A stretch of DNA of 64,000 bases from a virus (IMGVR_UViG_3300025865_000006:53071-117070); one strand, 5' to 3'; shown: positions 43,749 through 51,674, numbered from the stretch's first letter. The notes: generated by a model not told the origin, from the letters alone. Translations and numbers: made by a program.

Positions 43749-44831
43749 ATGAAAAGCTTGCTAGAAATATTAGCAGAAAGCGATATAAAGTTAACACAAG
43801 GGTATAATGGAAGGAGTGTTGGCCATTGTCCGTTTCATACGGGCGATCACACACCTTCCTTTACTGTTTATCCGAATGAGTCATATTATTGTTTTGGTTG
43901 TGGCGCATGGGGCGATGCAGTCAAATTCTTAATTGACTATAAAAATATGGACCCTAAAGCAGCCTATGAGTATGTAGGTCAGGACATTATCAAGGAAAAG
44001 GCTACAGGCGTTATCAAGGTTAAGAACGTATCAGAGACATGGCAGTTTCTATACGATGTAGCTTTCCTGTATCATCAATTCCTATGGCGCAACAGGGGTG
44101 CTATGGAGTACTTATTGCGTCGTGGTTTAACAGAAGATACAATCAAGAAATACTTGATAGGCTACACTGATGGGTTCGTTCTCAATATCAGTAATGCCTT
44201 TGACGCCGCCTTAGGCGCAGAAGTAGGGTTAATAAATAAGGATGGGGTAGAAGCCTTGTCCCACAGGATCATTATTCCCAATATCATAGCATCTACCGAG
44301 ATGGTAGACTTCATGGTGGGTAGAACAGTTATCAATGACAGGGTAAAGTACCTTGGACTGAGAATGCCAAAGCCGATTATTGGATTAGCAGCTATTCAGC
44401 CTTCTCCTGTTGTATTTCTGGTGGAGGGCCAGTTCGACTGGCTTACACTAAAACAGTGGGGCTATCCTGCTATCTCTGCGGGTGGAACAAATATTTCTAG
44501 GCCCAATATAGCGTCAATCAAAGATAAGAGGGTTGTTATTATACCGGACTACGATCAAAGCGGTATTGGTATGAGTGCTGCCCATTCTCTTGAACATAAG
44601 ATAGATAATGGAAAAACCATGATCCTCGATTACTCTTCCCTTAGAGTGGGCGATGATAAACTAGATATCTCCAAATTAGGGGAGCGACTAGATGGAGAAA
44701 GACTATTTGCCGAAATAGTGAAGGAGAAACTACCGTGGCTTGGAGCCTTGTCGAATCGAACAATCCAAACCTTCTTTCCAAATTTAACGAGTATGACACA
44801 TTTTCAATCGACTTGGAAACCAGCGGTTTAA
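43749..44831 (+). CDS. dnaG: DnaG-type DNA primase
   Basis: CHC2 finger CPFH..D.TPSF..YCFGC; TOPRIM VEGQFD and PDYD. Confidence 0.9.
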   Translation: MKSLLEILAESDIKLTQGYNGRSVGHCPFHTGDHTPSFTVYPNESYYCFGCGAWGDAVKFLIDYKNMDPKAAYEYVGQDIIKEKATGVIKVKNVSETWQFLYDVAFLYHQFLWRNRGAMEYLLRRGLTEDTIKKYLIGYTDGFVLNISNAFDAALGAEVGLINKDGVEALSHRIIIPNIIASTEMVDFMVGRTVINDRVKYLGLRMPKPIIGLAAIQPSPVVFLVEGQFDWLTLKQWGYPAISAGGTNISRPNIASIKDKRVVIIPDYDQSGIGMSAAHSLEHKIDNGKTMILDYSSLRVGDDKLDISKLGERLDGERLFAEIVKEKLPWLGALSNRTIQTFFPNLTSMTHFQSTWKPAV

Positions 44832-46501
44832 GCCCGTTAGACTCTAGAATCCTTCTGGCACAGATTGGTTTCCCCGATAAGTCTGTTTTTGTGCTTAATG
44901 GGGTTAAAAGCGACCTCAAATTTCTCAAACCATACTTTGAAGATCGAAAATGGCTTAAATTAGCCCATAATGCTAAATTTGAGGCTAAATTTCTAAACTA
45001 CTTCCTACAAGCTGAACTAAAGGGTATTTTTGACACTTTCTTGGCAGAACAGCTAATTACTGATGTTCCGTTTCCATCTTTGGCGATGGTGGCCTTAAAG
45101 TATACTGGCGAAGTTCTAGACAAGAGTGTTAGAACCACATTCTTTGATTCAACAAATAGTTCCTTTTCTGATGAGCAGATTACGTATGCGGCCAAAGACG
45201 CGGAGATTCTATTCCCGATTTGGGAAGCACAGAAGAAACTGCTTAAAGACTTCGGATTAGAGCGCGTTGCTGATCTGGAATTTGAGTTGGTGCGCGTTCT
45301 GGCGGCTATGGAGTTGGAGGGTGTACCTATCAATACTGATAGATGGAAGTCTAGACTCAAAGACTATGAGAAGGAGCACGAAGATTCCCGCCTAAAGATG
45401 CATGAATTGCTATTCGACGGCGGGCTGCTTGATGAGCAGACAGGAATGTTCGAGCGCGATGCTATCAATCTAAACAGTCCCAAACAGATTTTGGAGAGTT
45501 TTAAGAAGCTCGGAATCAATATTAATGCTACAAATGTGCGAGAACTGTCTCTTATTGAGCATCCCGCTGCCGTAGAACTGCTAAATTACCGAAAACTACA
45601 GAAAATCCAGTCGTCTTACGGGGAAACGTTTCTTGGTGCAATTCACCCATTTACGGGCAGAATTCATCCAGATTGGCAACAAATAGGCACACAAACCGGA
45701 AGATTTGCGTGTAGAAATCCAAATCTACAGCAGATGCCTGTAGAGTTTCGTTACTGCGTAAGTCTACCGGGCTACAAGATTGTTGTCGCTGACTACTCTC
45801 AGATTGAGTTGAGAATTTTAGCAGAGCTAAGTCAAGACCCCGGATTGACAAATGCCTTTGAAATGGGCGGCGATCCACACAAGGCGACAGCAGCGCAGAT
45901 GTTTAATCTTCCCATTGATAGCATTGATAAAGAGCAGCGCTTCATCGCTAAGACTATCAACTTTGGATTAGCCTACGGAATGGGTTATATGAAGTTGAGA
46001 GATATGCTGAACAATGGAAAGAACCGAAAAGAGTGGATTTCCGTCGAGGATACGAAGAGTTTGCTGTTCCGATACAAGAAAACCTATAAAAAAGCTATCG
46101 AATGGCTTACATATGCAGGAAATGCAGGATTTGCTCGTGATTACTCCGAAACTATGCTAGGGCGCAGAAGATGGTTCGTAAAGCCCAGTCAGGGCATGGA
46201 TTACGATAATAAGGTAGCATCCATTAAGCGCCAAGCGGCTAATGCGGTAATTCAGGGCACAAACGCTGATATCACCAAACTGGCATTACTCGATATTTAC
46301 AATGAGTTGAACCTTTACGACCTACGTGCTACTATAATTCTACAGGTCCATGACGAAATCGTTGTCCTAGCCCACGAGCGATCTGCCGAGACTGTTAAGG
46401 AAGTAGTAGAGGCTTCGATGATTAATGCAGCGAAGACCCTGCTAAAATCCGTGCCTATCAAGGCAGACGCAGTAGTTTCAGATATCTGGAAAAAGGACTA
46501 G
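44735..46501 (+). CDS. polA: family A DNA polymerase (3'-5' exonuclease plus polymerase)
   Basis: IDLETSGL, HNAKF, YAAKD exonuclease motifs; TGRF, PNLQQ, ADYSQIELR, R..AK.INFG..YG, QGT.AD, QVHDE. Confidence 0.95.
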   Translation: MAWSLVESNNPNLLSKFNEYDTFSIDLETSGLSPLDSRILLAQIGFPDKSVFVLNGVKSDLKFLKPYFEDRKWLKLAHNAKFEAKFLNYFLQAELKGIFDTFLAEQLITDVPFPSLAMVALKYTGEVLDKSVRTTFFDSTNSSFSDEQITYAAKDAEILFPIWEAQKKLLKDFGLERVADLEFELVRVLAAMELEGVPINTDRWKSRLKDYEKEHEDSRLKMHELLFDGGLLDEQTGMFERDAINLNSPKQILESFKKLGININATNVRELSLIEHPAAVELLNYRKLQKIQSSYGETFLGAIHPFTGRIHPDWQQIGTQTGRFACRNPNLQQMPVEFRYCVSLPGYKIVVADYSQIELRILAELSQDPGLTNAFEMGGDPHKATAAQMFNLPIDSIDKEQRFIAKTINFGLAYGMGYMKLRDMLNNGKNRKEWISVEDTKSLLFRYKKTYKKAIEWLTYAGNAGFARDYSETMLGRRRWFVKPSQGMDYDNKVASIKRQAANAVIQGTNADITKLALLDIYNELNLYDLRATIILQVHDEIVVLAHERSAETVKEVVEASMINAAKTLLKSVPIKADAVVSDIWKKD

Positions 46502-46783
46502 GTGAATATGATTGGACGTTACCGATTCAATACGTAAATATGTTAATGGGATTGATGGACTAACTGAAGGGGTTGGTCCTCCAAGTATGGAGATGTTTCC
46601 CTTAAAAGAAGAGGACCCAATTGTATATCAAGTACAAAAGATACTAACCGAGATTTATGTGTTCACTGACACAAACCACATGAAATACGGTTCTAAAACC
46701 TTTCAGGATGTTATTCTTATGGGAGAAATGACAAAAGATCAGGTAGAGACGCTAATAGCCAAAAAGCGCCGAAAGGGAGGCTA

Positions 46784-47149
46784 ATGTTAGTTGGAAAGCG
46801 AATCGGCGTTGTCGGTAGTAGAGTTTTCGGAAATTATCAACAACTTGCCACTAAACTTACGTCTATGGCTGTGGATGGCGACACCATCGTTTCAGGTGGT
46901 GCCGTTGGAGCAGATTCTATGGGACAGCGCTTCGCAAAGGATGCTGGAATGGAAATTACGATTTTCTATCCTAACTATGCAAGACTCGGAAAAGGTGCCA
47001 CCTTTGCCCGTAATAAACAAATTGTGGAACATAGTGACGTGGTAGTAGCCTTTTATGGCAAGGGCAGGTTTCAACAGGGAGGAACCGCGAATACAGTTTA
47101 TTGGGCGCAACAATTAGGTGTCCCATATCAAGAGTACGAGGAAGAGTAG
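46784..47149 (+). CDS. SLOG-superfamily protein (YAcAr/DUF2493-like)
   Basis: VVGSR.F, IVSGGA.GAD, RN..IV..SD and GT motifs. Confidence 0.8.
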   Translation: MLVGKRIGVVGSRVFGNYQQLATKLTSMAVDGDTIVSGGAVGADSMGQRFAKDAGMEITIFYPNYARLGKGATFARNKQIVEHSDVVVAFYGKGRFQQGGTANTVYWAQQLGVPYQEYEEE

Positions 47150-47251
47150 ATAAATGCCTAAGATTAGAATTTATACCAAATCGGGGCATCAGGTGGAATT
47201 AGATGTTAGGGACTTTACAGTCTATCCCGATAAGGATGGAGGCTATTATAA

Positions 47252-47542
47252 GTGGGAGGCAACATGGAGGATGAGATGAGCAAGCCCGGTGAGTGGCAGT
47301 CCCCTTTGGACTTCGGTGTGGATGATCTGACCTTCGACCCTCACAACTTCGGGGCAGTCGGTGACGGCATAGCGGACGATACGGAGGCCGTTCAGGCGAG
47401 CTTCGACGCCGCCGCACGCGCTGGTGGGCGCATCGGGGGTGAGCCCGGAACGTACAAGGTCACTCGCCCGATTACCGATCAGTACACGCCCGGACTCGCT
47501 CGACGCCGATCCGCAACAAATAGAAATGGTGATTGTGCTTGA
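47252..47542 (+). pseudogene. fragment of a pectate-lyase-3-like tailspike N-terminus
   Basis: FGAVGDGIADDTEAVQ..PGTYKVTRPI, then the ORF ends with no beta-helix; locally GC-rich. Confidence 0.55.
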
Positions 47543-47551
47543 AGATTAAAT

Positions 47552-47640
47552 GGATGGTTGGCCGAGTCTGGTAAGGCGCTAGTCTTGAAAACTGGTAAGG
47601 TGTAATAGCTACAGGGGTTCGAATCCTCTACCATCCGCCA
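47552..47640 (+). tRNA. tRNA-Ser (TGA)
   Basis: GGATGGT/ACCATCC acceptor, CTAGT-CTTGAAA-ACTGG anticodon arm, long variable arm, G73, CCA. Confidence 0.92.
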
Positions 47641-47645
47641 ATTTT

Positions 47646-47729
47646 GGAATGGAACCGAAGTGGTTAGGAGCCTGTCCGCTAAACAGGTGCAGGAAACTGT
47701 TGTCGGATCGTCACCGATCCATTCCGCCA
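47646..47729 (+). tRNA. tRNA-Ser (GCT), atypical
   Basis: GGAATGG/CCATTCC acceptor, CCTGT-CCGCTAA-ACAGG (C33), long variable arm, T loop ATCGTCA, G73, CCA. Confidence 0.8.
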
Positions 47730-47741
47730 ATTTAAAACCGT

Positions 47742-48089
47742 ATGGGGGAGTCTTATGTGGCAGATACAGGTAACTTTGCTACAGGGCAGGAAAGGTTTCC
47801 CCAAAAAAACGCCAAAAAGCGCATAGATGATTCTGGAAGTTATGCTAAGGGTGGAGAGAAGTTACCAAGAATGAATGCCATTGATCGTAAGAAACCCGGT
47901 ACTTTTGCTGACACGGAGGGAATTAAAATGGTGGATTCAGATAATAAAGGCGATCCACGGGTTACTTCTGACACCAAGGGAGAAGAAATAACCCCCGACA
48001 ATCCAGAAACAATCAAGCAGTTTCCAGTAGATTTAACTGATAAGAAAGCTGTAAAGAAAGTGGAAGGGGATCAGAAGGAAAAGAAATAG
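47742..48089 (+). CDS. charged, probably disordered hypothetical protein
   Basis: 115-aa K/D/E-rich ORF. Confidence 0.55.
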   Translation: MGESYVADTGNFATGQERFPQKNAKKRIDDSGSYAKGGEKLPRMNAIDRKKPGTFADTEGIKMVDSDNKGDPRVTSDTKGEEITPDNPETIKQFPVDLTDKKAVKKVEGDQKEKK

Positions 48090-48319
48090 ATGGATACCTA
48101 TACAATTTATAAATCTGCTAAAAACATATTAGTAGGTGCTCTTAAAGAGCATATAAAAGATAGAGAGTATATTTGGTACATGGAAGAAGCAGAATTCTAC
48201 GCTAATCAAGTTGTAGAAGAGTGTTTAAGGGAGGGACTAACCTATCCTTTTAAGGATTTAAATAAGCCTGATCAAACATATGCTGTACCAATGTATCCAA
48301 ATCCAAATTCACACTACTA

Positions 48320-48396
48320 GGCGTCGTGCCTGAGCGGCTTAAAGGGCTGGTCTGCAAAACCGGATTACGTGGGTCCGAATCCCACCGATGCCTCCA
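48320..48396 (+). tRNA. tRNA-Cys (GCA)
   Basis: GGCGTCG/CGATGCC acceptor, CTGGT-CTGCAAA-ACCGG anticodon arm, U73, CCA; T loop TCCGAAT. Confidence 0.9.
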
Positions 48397-48398
48397 AT

Positions 48399-48472
48399 GG
48401 GCCTATAGTTTAATGGGAGAACATATCGTTTGCACCGATAAAATCAGAGTTCGATTCTCTGTGGGTCCACCA
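48399..48472 (+). tRNA. tRNA-Ala (TGC)
   Basis: GGGCCTA/TGGGTCC acceptor with G3-U70, TATCG-TTTGCAC-CGATA anticodon arm, CCA. Confidence 0.92.
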
Positions 48473-48514
48473 AAATAATCAAAAAGTTGAACCTCGCCGT
48501 AGGAAAGGTGTACT

Positions 48515-48655
48515 ATGCAAGAAGTGAAGGGCACGGCCTTCAAACAAAGGGAATTACAGCCTTGGGAAAAACCGCTAAGTCCACCAAGGGCTGTTCCAAA
48601 GCCCATTTCGACAAAGAAAAAAGGCCGTTTCTCTCCGAAAGAGAAAACTGAATAA
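48515..48655 (+). CDS. 46-aa basic peptide (below the ORF-track cutoff)
   Basis: AGGAAAGGTG SD then MQEVKGTAFKQRELQPWEKPLSPPRAVPKPISTKKKGRFSPKEKTE. Confidence 0.45.
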   Translation: MQEVKGTAFKQRELQPWEKPLSPPRAVPKPISTKKKGRFSPKEKTE

Positions 48656-48757
48656 TTGGGGCGCTTTGGCTTCCTAGGAAATGCGCAAACAGTTCTGCAA
48701 CCGGGCAGACCGCCCCAAATAATTATCTGGATAGCAACAGAATTGAGGTAAGGAAGA

Positions 48758-50341
48758 ATGGTTAAGTTAAATACAAAGACAGCAGTAACCTTACAGTCCC
48801 TTGATCCCGAAAACGTGACTCTTAATGAAGAGGCCGCAGTAGCATGGAAGCTTCCTGCTAAGGATCGCCTAATTGAACGTGTTCTTGGAGCCTTTTGGAG
48901 TGAGGACACTTTCTACAAGAGCGGAGATAAGATTGCCGCAGAGATTGTAAAGGATATCCGTGAAGTAGCAGCAGTTAATCCGAAGTTTATTCTCCAGTTG
49001 GCTGCATATGCTCGTAACGAGATTTATCTCCGAACAACCCCACAGGTCTTGCTTGTGGAGGCGGCTAACATTGAAAAGTGTAAGCCATTTATTCGTGAGT
49101 ATACTCCTAAGATTGTAAAGCGTGCAGATGAATTGAGCGGTGTTATCGCTTACCAGTTGTCTACACATGGAAAGCCTATTCCAAATGCCCTAAAAAAGGG
49201 TTTGGCAGCAGCCTTCGCTACATTTGACGAATACCAATTGAATAAATATGATTCTGATAAGGGAGCAGTTTCTCTAGGTGATGTGCTCAATCTTATTTAC
49301 CGTAAGGAAGGATATCCTGTTTCCAAGGCTATGCGAAACTATCTTGTCAACGATGTTGTTGACGCAGAAGCATTGCCAAAGATTGCAGCACTAAAGCAGT
49401 TGCTTGCAAAGGATACACTGGATGTTGAGGCAAAGGCCCTTGTAAACGGTGGAGCAGTAACTTGGGAATCTTTCATCTCCAAGTTTGGTTCGTCTAAGGA
49501 AACTTGGGAGTTAATCGCTCCTAAGATGGGATATATGGCATTGCTACGTAACTTGCGTAACTTTGACCAAAAGGGTGTAACTCTTGATCCTATCCTTGCG
49601 CGAATTACAGATGAGGACGCTGTAAAGAAGTCTAAGCAGCTACCATATAGATTCTACTCTGCGTATAAGGAAATTGAGAATCAGAGCATTATGCGAGCAA
49701 TCGCTAAGGCTTTTGAATTGTCTATCTCTAATGTTACGCTTGGTGGAAGTACAGCGGTTCTTGTGGACCTTTCAGGGTCTATGACAGGAGCGCGAGTGTC
49801 CGAAAAGTCTAAGGTGACAAATGCAGAAGTTGCGGCCGTTCTTGGGGCAATCGTTACCAAGAAGGCTAAGGAATCTGTAGTTATCGGCTTCGGTCAGACT
49901 GCGCGTAGAATCATGGTAAATCCTGACGATACTATGATCACCAACATCGATAAAATTGTAAATACAAATGTCGGTCACAGTACAAACGCTGGACTTGCAT
50001 TCAAGATTTTGACTGATAACAAGATCAAGGTAGATCGTATCGTGCTTGTCTCTGACATGCAGTGTTACAATACCGAAAAAAGTCAGAGCAAGGCCGGAAT
50101 TTTTGGAACAACCTATCCTTGGTACACAGATTCGTTTGTGAATGAGGAATGGAAGAACTACTTGGCGCAAGTAAATAGAAATGCGTATCTATACTCTCTT
50201 GATGTTAGTTCGTATGGAACACGTCAGACTCCAAACAAGTCTAAGAACGTTATCTTGGTCAATGGGTGGTCAGACAAGATCATCGATTACATGAACATTG
50301 TGGAGAACAATGTTATGGAGCAGCACATTAATAAGTGGTAA
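48758..50341 (+). CDS. rsr: Ro60/Rsr-like TROVE + vWA RNA-binding protein
   Basis: N.E...A N-terminus, EDTFY, LAAYAR...LRT.P, IVKRADEL, LKKGLA.AF..FDEYQL.KY, TWE, MGYMALLRNLRN, SKQLPYRFYSAY; vWA MIDAS VDLSGSM and SDMQ. Confidence 0.92.
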   Translation: MVKLNTKTAVTLQSLDPENVTLNEEAAVAWKLPAKDRLIERVLGAFWSEDTFYKSGDKIAAEIVKDIREVAAVNPKFILQLAAYARNEIYLRTTPQVLLVEAANIEKCKPFIREYTPKIVKRADELSGVIAYQLSTHGKPIPNALKKGLAAAFATFDEYQLNKYDSDKGAVSLGDVLNLIYRKEGYPVSKAMRNYLVNDVVDAEALPKIAALKQLLAKDTLDVEAKALVNGGAVTWESFISKFGSSKETWELIAPKMGYMALLRNLRNFDQKGVTLDPILARITDEDAVKKSKQLPYRFYSAYKEIENQSIMRAIAKAFELSISNVTLGGSTAVLVDLSGSMTGARVSEKSKVTNAEVAAVLGAIVTKKAKESVVIGFGQTARRIMVNPDDTMITNIDKIVNTNVGHSTNAGLAFKILTDNKIKVDRIVLVSDMQCYNTEKSQSKAGIFGTTYPWYTDSFVNEEWKNYLAQVNRNAYLYSLDVSSYGTRQTPNKSKNVILVNGWSDKIIDYMNIVENNVMEQHINKW

Positions 50342-50347
50342 TATCGC

Positions 50348-50440
50348 GGGTGCTACCGCTGTAGAGCGTGGTCGTACGTTGGAGTAATCCCCTGTACGAT
50401 TTCACAGGCTGGTACAGGCTGGTGAACAGTCAGCCCACCC
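50348..50440 (+). ncRNA. structured RNA immediately after the Ro60 stop codon
   Basis: GGGTG/CACCC closing stem, TCGTAC/GTACGA helix capped by GGA-GTAA-TCC, GGCTG-GTGAA-CAGTC hairpin. Confidence 0.5.
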
Positions 50441-50544
50441 AAAATATCAAACAATTGATCCGCCGTGGTCGTCACCGATAAGGGGCTGTTAAAGGATCAA
50501 GCTAGACGAGCCGGACTAAGCTAGCAATATAATAGGAGATTAAA

Positions 50545-50739
50545 ATGGAAACCCCCGATTCAAAAACGGTAACGGCAGCAACCGATAGAGCCAAAGAAGT
50601 TGTAGAAGCCTTTAAGATTCTTCGTAAAGAGGATAACATTCAGGAGAACGCAAAACATCTTTGGTCACTAGCGAATTCATTAGTGGCTGATATTCATCGT
50701 GGCTTGGACAACACAAGTTACGTAGATAGAGCAGAATAA
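50545..50739 (+). CDS. small hypothetical protein
   Basis: AGGAG SD, 64-aa helical ORF. Confidence 0.6.
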   Translation: METPDSKTVTAATDRAKEVVEAFKILRKEDNIQENAKHLWSLANSLVADIHRGLDNTSYVDRAE

Positions 50740-50741
50740 TA

Positions 50742-50815
50742 TAATCGGCAGTGAAGTTTAGAGATACTTCTCTTGAAATGAAAACCAAACTCTAAGCGAC
50801 CCAATTCTCCGATTA
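50742..50815 (+). ncRNA. scaffold RNA 1 (Y-RNA-like; Ser-UGA-like anticodon loop cargo)
   Basis: TAATCGG/CCGATTA, CAGTGAA, GTTTAGAG/CTCTAAGC, ATACTTC, GACCCAATTCT. Confidence 0.7.
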
Positions 50816-50828
50816 ATTGAATATTATA

Positions 50829-50916
50829 TTATCTAGGTAGTGAAGGTTTTGGATACTTCTAAAAACTTCAAAATGTCTTTTGTAAAAAGCCAGAGCCACT
50901 AAATCCTCCTAGATAA
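50829..50916 (+). ncRNA. scaffold RNA 2 (Y-RNA-like; A/U-rich cargo)
   Basis: TTATCTAGG/CCTAGATAA, TAGTGAA, GGTTTTGG/CCAGAGCC, ATACTTC, ACTAAATCCT. Confidence 0.7.
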
Positions 50917-50929
50917 ATTTAGAACCTAG

Positions 50930-51073
50930 TATTAGGTAGTGAAGCATAGGATTTCTTCATGGGAGCCGCATGTCGGGAGTTCAATTCTCTCTTCCCCGAA
51001 CAATCGCCGGGGAATAGCTCAGTGTTAGAGCAGCGGCCAGTAAAAAAGCCTACGCGACCAAATTCTCCTAATA
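50930..51073 (+). ncRNA. scaffold RNA 3 (YrlA-like; permuted tRNA-Pro-like cargo)
   Basis: TATTAGG/CCTAATA, TAGTGAA, GCATAGG/CCTACGC; cargo GCCGC-ATGTC-T arm-TTCCCCG..CGGGGAA-D arm-GCGGC. Confidence 0.8.
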
Positions 51074-51079
51074 AATTTT

Positions 51080-51155
51080 GGCCCAATCGTCTAACGGTTG
51101 AGGATTGCAGATTTTCACTCTGCCGATCAGAGTTCGATTCTCTGTTGGGCTACCA
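51080..51155 (+). tRNA. tRNA-Glu (TTC)
   Basis: GGCCCAA/TTGGGCT acceptor, GCAGA-TTTTCAC-TCTGC anticodon arm, GTTCGATTC, CCA. Confidence 0.9.
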
Positions 51156-51166
51156 AAGAGGTACAA

Positions 51167-51409
51167 ATGAAGAGTACGTTTAAAACTAAGAATTATACTG
51201 GGACAGCTTGTCTAGCAATGCTGATAGCGGTAGTTCTGTTCTTGGTTCTATATTTAGGACTGATCGGCGGGGTAATAACCTTGCTATGGAACTGGCTGTT
51301 AGTAGGACTATTTCAGTTCCCAATTATTAGTTGGGCGCAAGGAATAGGTATAGCACTTCTATTAGGTATAGTAGGTAGCTTCTTTAAAGGCCAAATAACA
51401 AGTAAATAA
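51167..51409 (+). CDS. small membrane protein
   Basis: AGAGG SD; hydrophobic ORF with LWNW..F..P.IS..Q..G motif; start refined from 51098. Confidence 0.7.
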   Translation: MKSTFKTKNYTGTACLAMLIAVVLFLVLYLGLIGGVITLLWNWLLVGLFQFPIISWAQGIGIALLLGIVGSFFKGQITSK

Positions 51410-51539
51410 GGTAGTGCAGCCGTTGGTTACTTCACTTTTAATGAAGAGTAAAGGGTTCGAATCCCTTATCCTCCGTCATGGGGGATGGGTGTAATGGTAA
51501 CACGCTAAATATCCAATAGCGACTAATTCTCCTTATTTA
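51403..51539 (+). ncRNA. scaffold RNA 4 (permuted tRNA-Lys(TTT)-like cargo with intact anticodon arm)
   Basis: TAAATAAGG/CCTTATTTA, TAGTGCA, GCCGTTGG/CCAATAGC; cargo CTTCA-CTTTTAA-TGAAG, AAGGG-TTCGAAT-CCCTT, ATCCTCC/GGGGGAT, GTGT-AATGGTA-ACAC. Confidence 0.8.
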
Positions 51540-51552
51540 ATTTGCGTTTTAT

Positions 51553-51674
51553 ATTAGAGCAGTGAAGTGTTCAGATACTTCGGTTACAGTAGCTTCGGTT
51601 ACATCAGCAAGGTTCAACCCCCTGCAAACGGGATGAAAGTCTCGTGTTTTCTGGCACAGCAAATTCTCTCTAAT
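51553..51674 (+). ncRNA. scaffold RNA 5 (UUCG hairpin, T-arm-like hairpin and GAAA hairpin cargo)
   Basis: ATTAGAG/CTCTAAT, CAGTGAA, GTGTTCAGA/TCTGGCAC, TACTTC; GTAGC-TTCG-GTTAC, GCAAGG-TTCAACC-CCTGC, ACGGGAT-GAAA-GTCTCGT. Confidence 0.75.

Noticed and set aside
41939-46501. Introns or inteins in nrdJ, dnaG or polA
   Set aside because: The ORFs are continuous and compact, with motifs at the expected spacing.
48523-48650. Rod-like RNA (ACGGCCTT/AAGGCCGT, ACAGCCTTGG/CCAAGGGCTGT) with an AGTGAAG motif, as a seventh scaffold unit or a 6S-like RNA
   Set aside because: It lacks TACTTC and AATYCT, and the segment is also an open frame with a good SD (48515-48655). It remains ambiguous and is not called as ncRNA.
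50861-50890. CTTCAAA in unit 2 as a Sec/opal (TCA) anticodon loop, and GTTACAG in unit 5 as a Val loop
   Set aside because: Neither is closed by a convincing 5-bp anticodon stem; both are likely chance matches in A/T-rich sequence.
50959-51183. ORF-track entries overlapping RNA genes (also 16185-16424, 16714-16941, 47479-47730, 48403-48909, 53816-54016, and the 5' extensions of 14204, 51098 and 51975)
   Set aside because: They are translations of tRNA or structured RNA sequence with no recognisable protein features.
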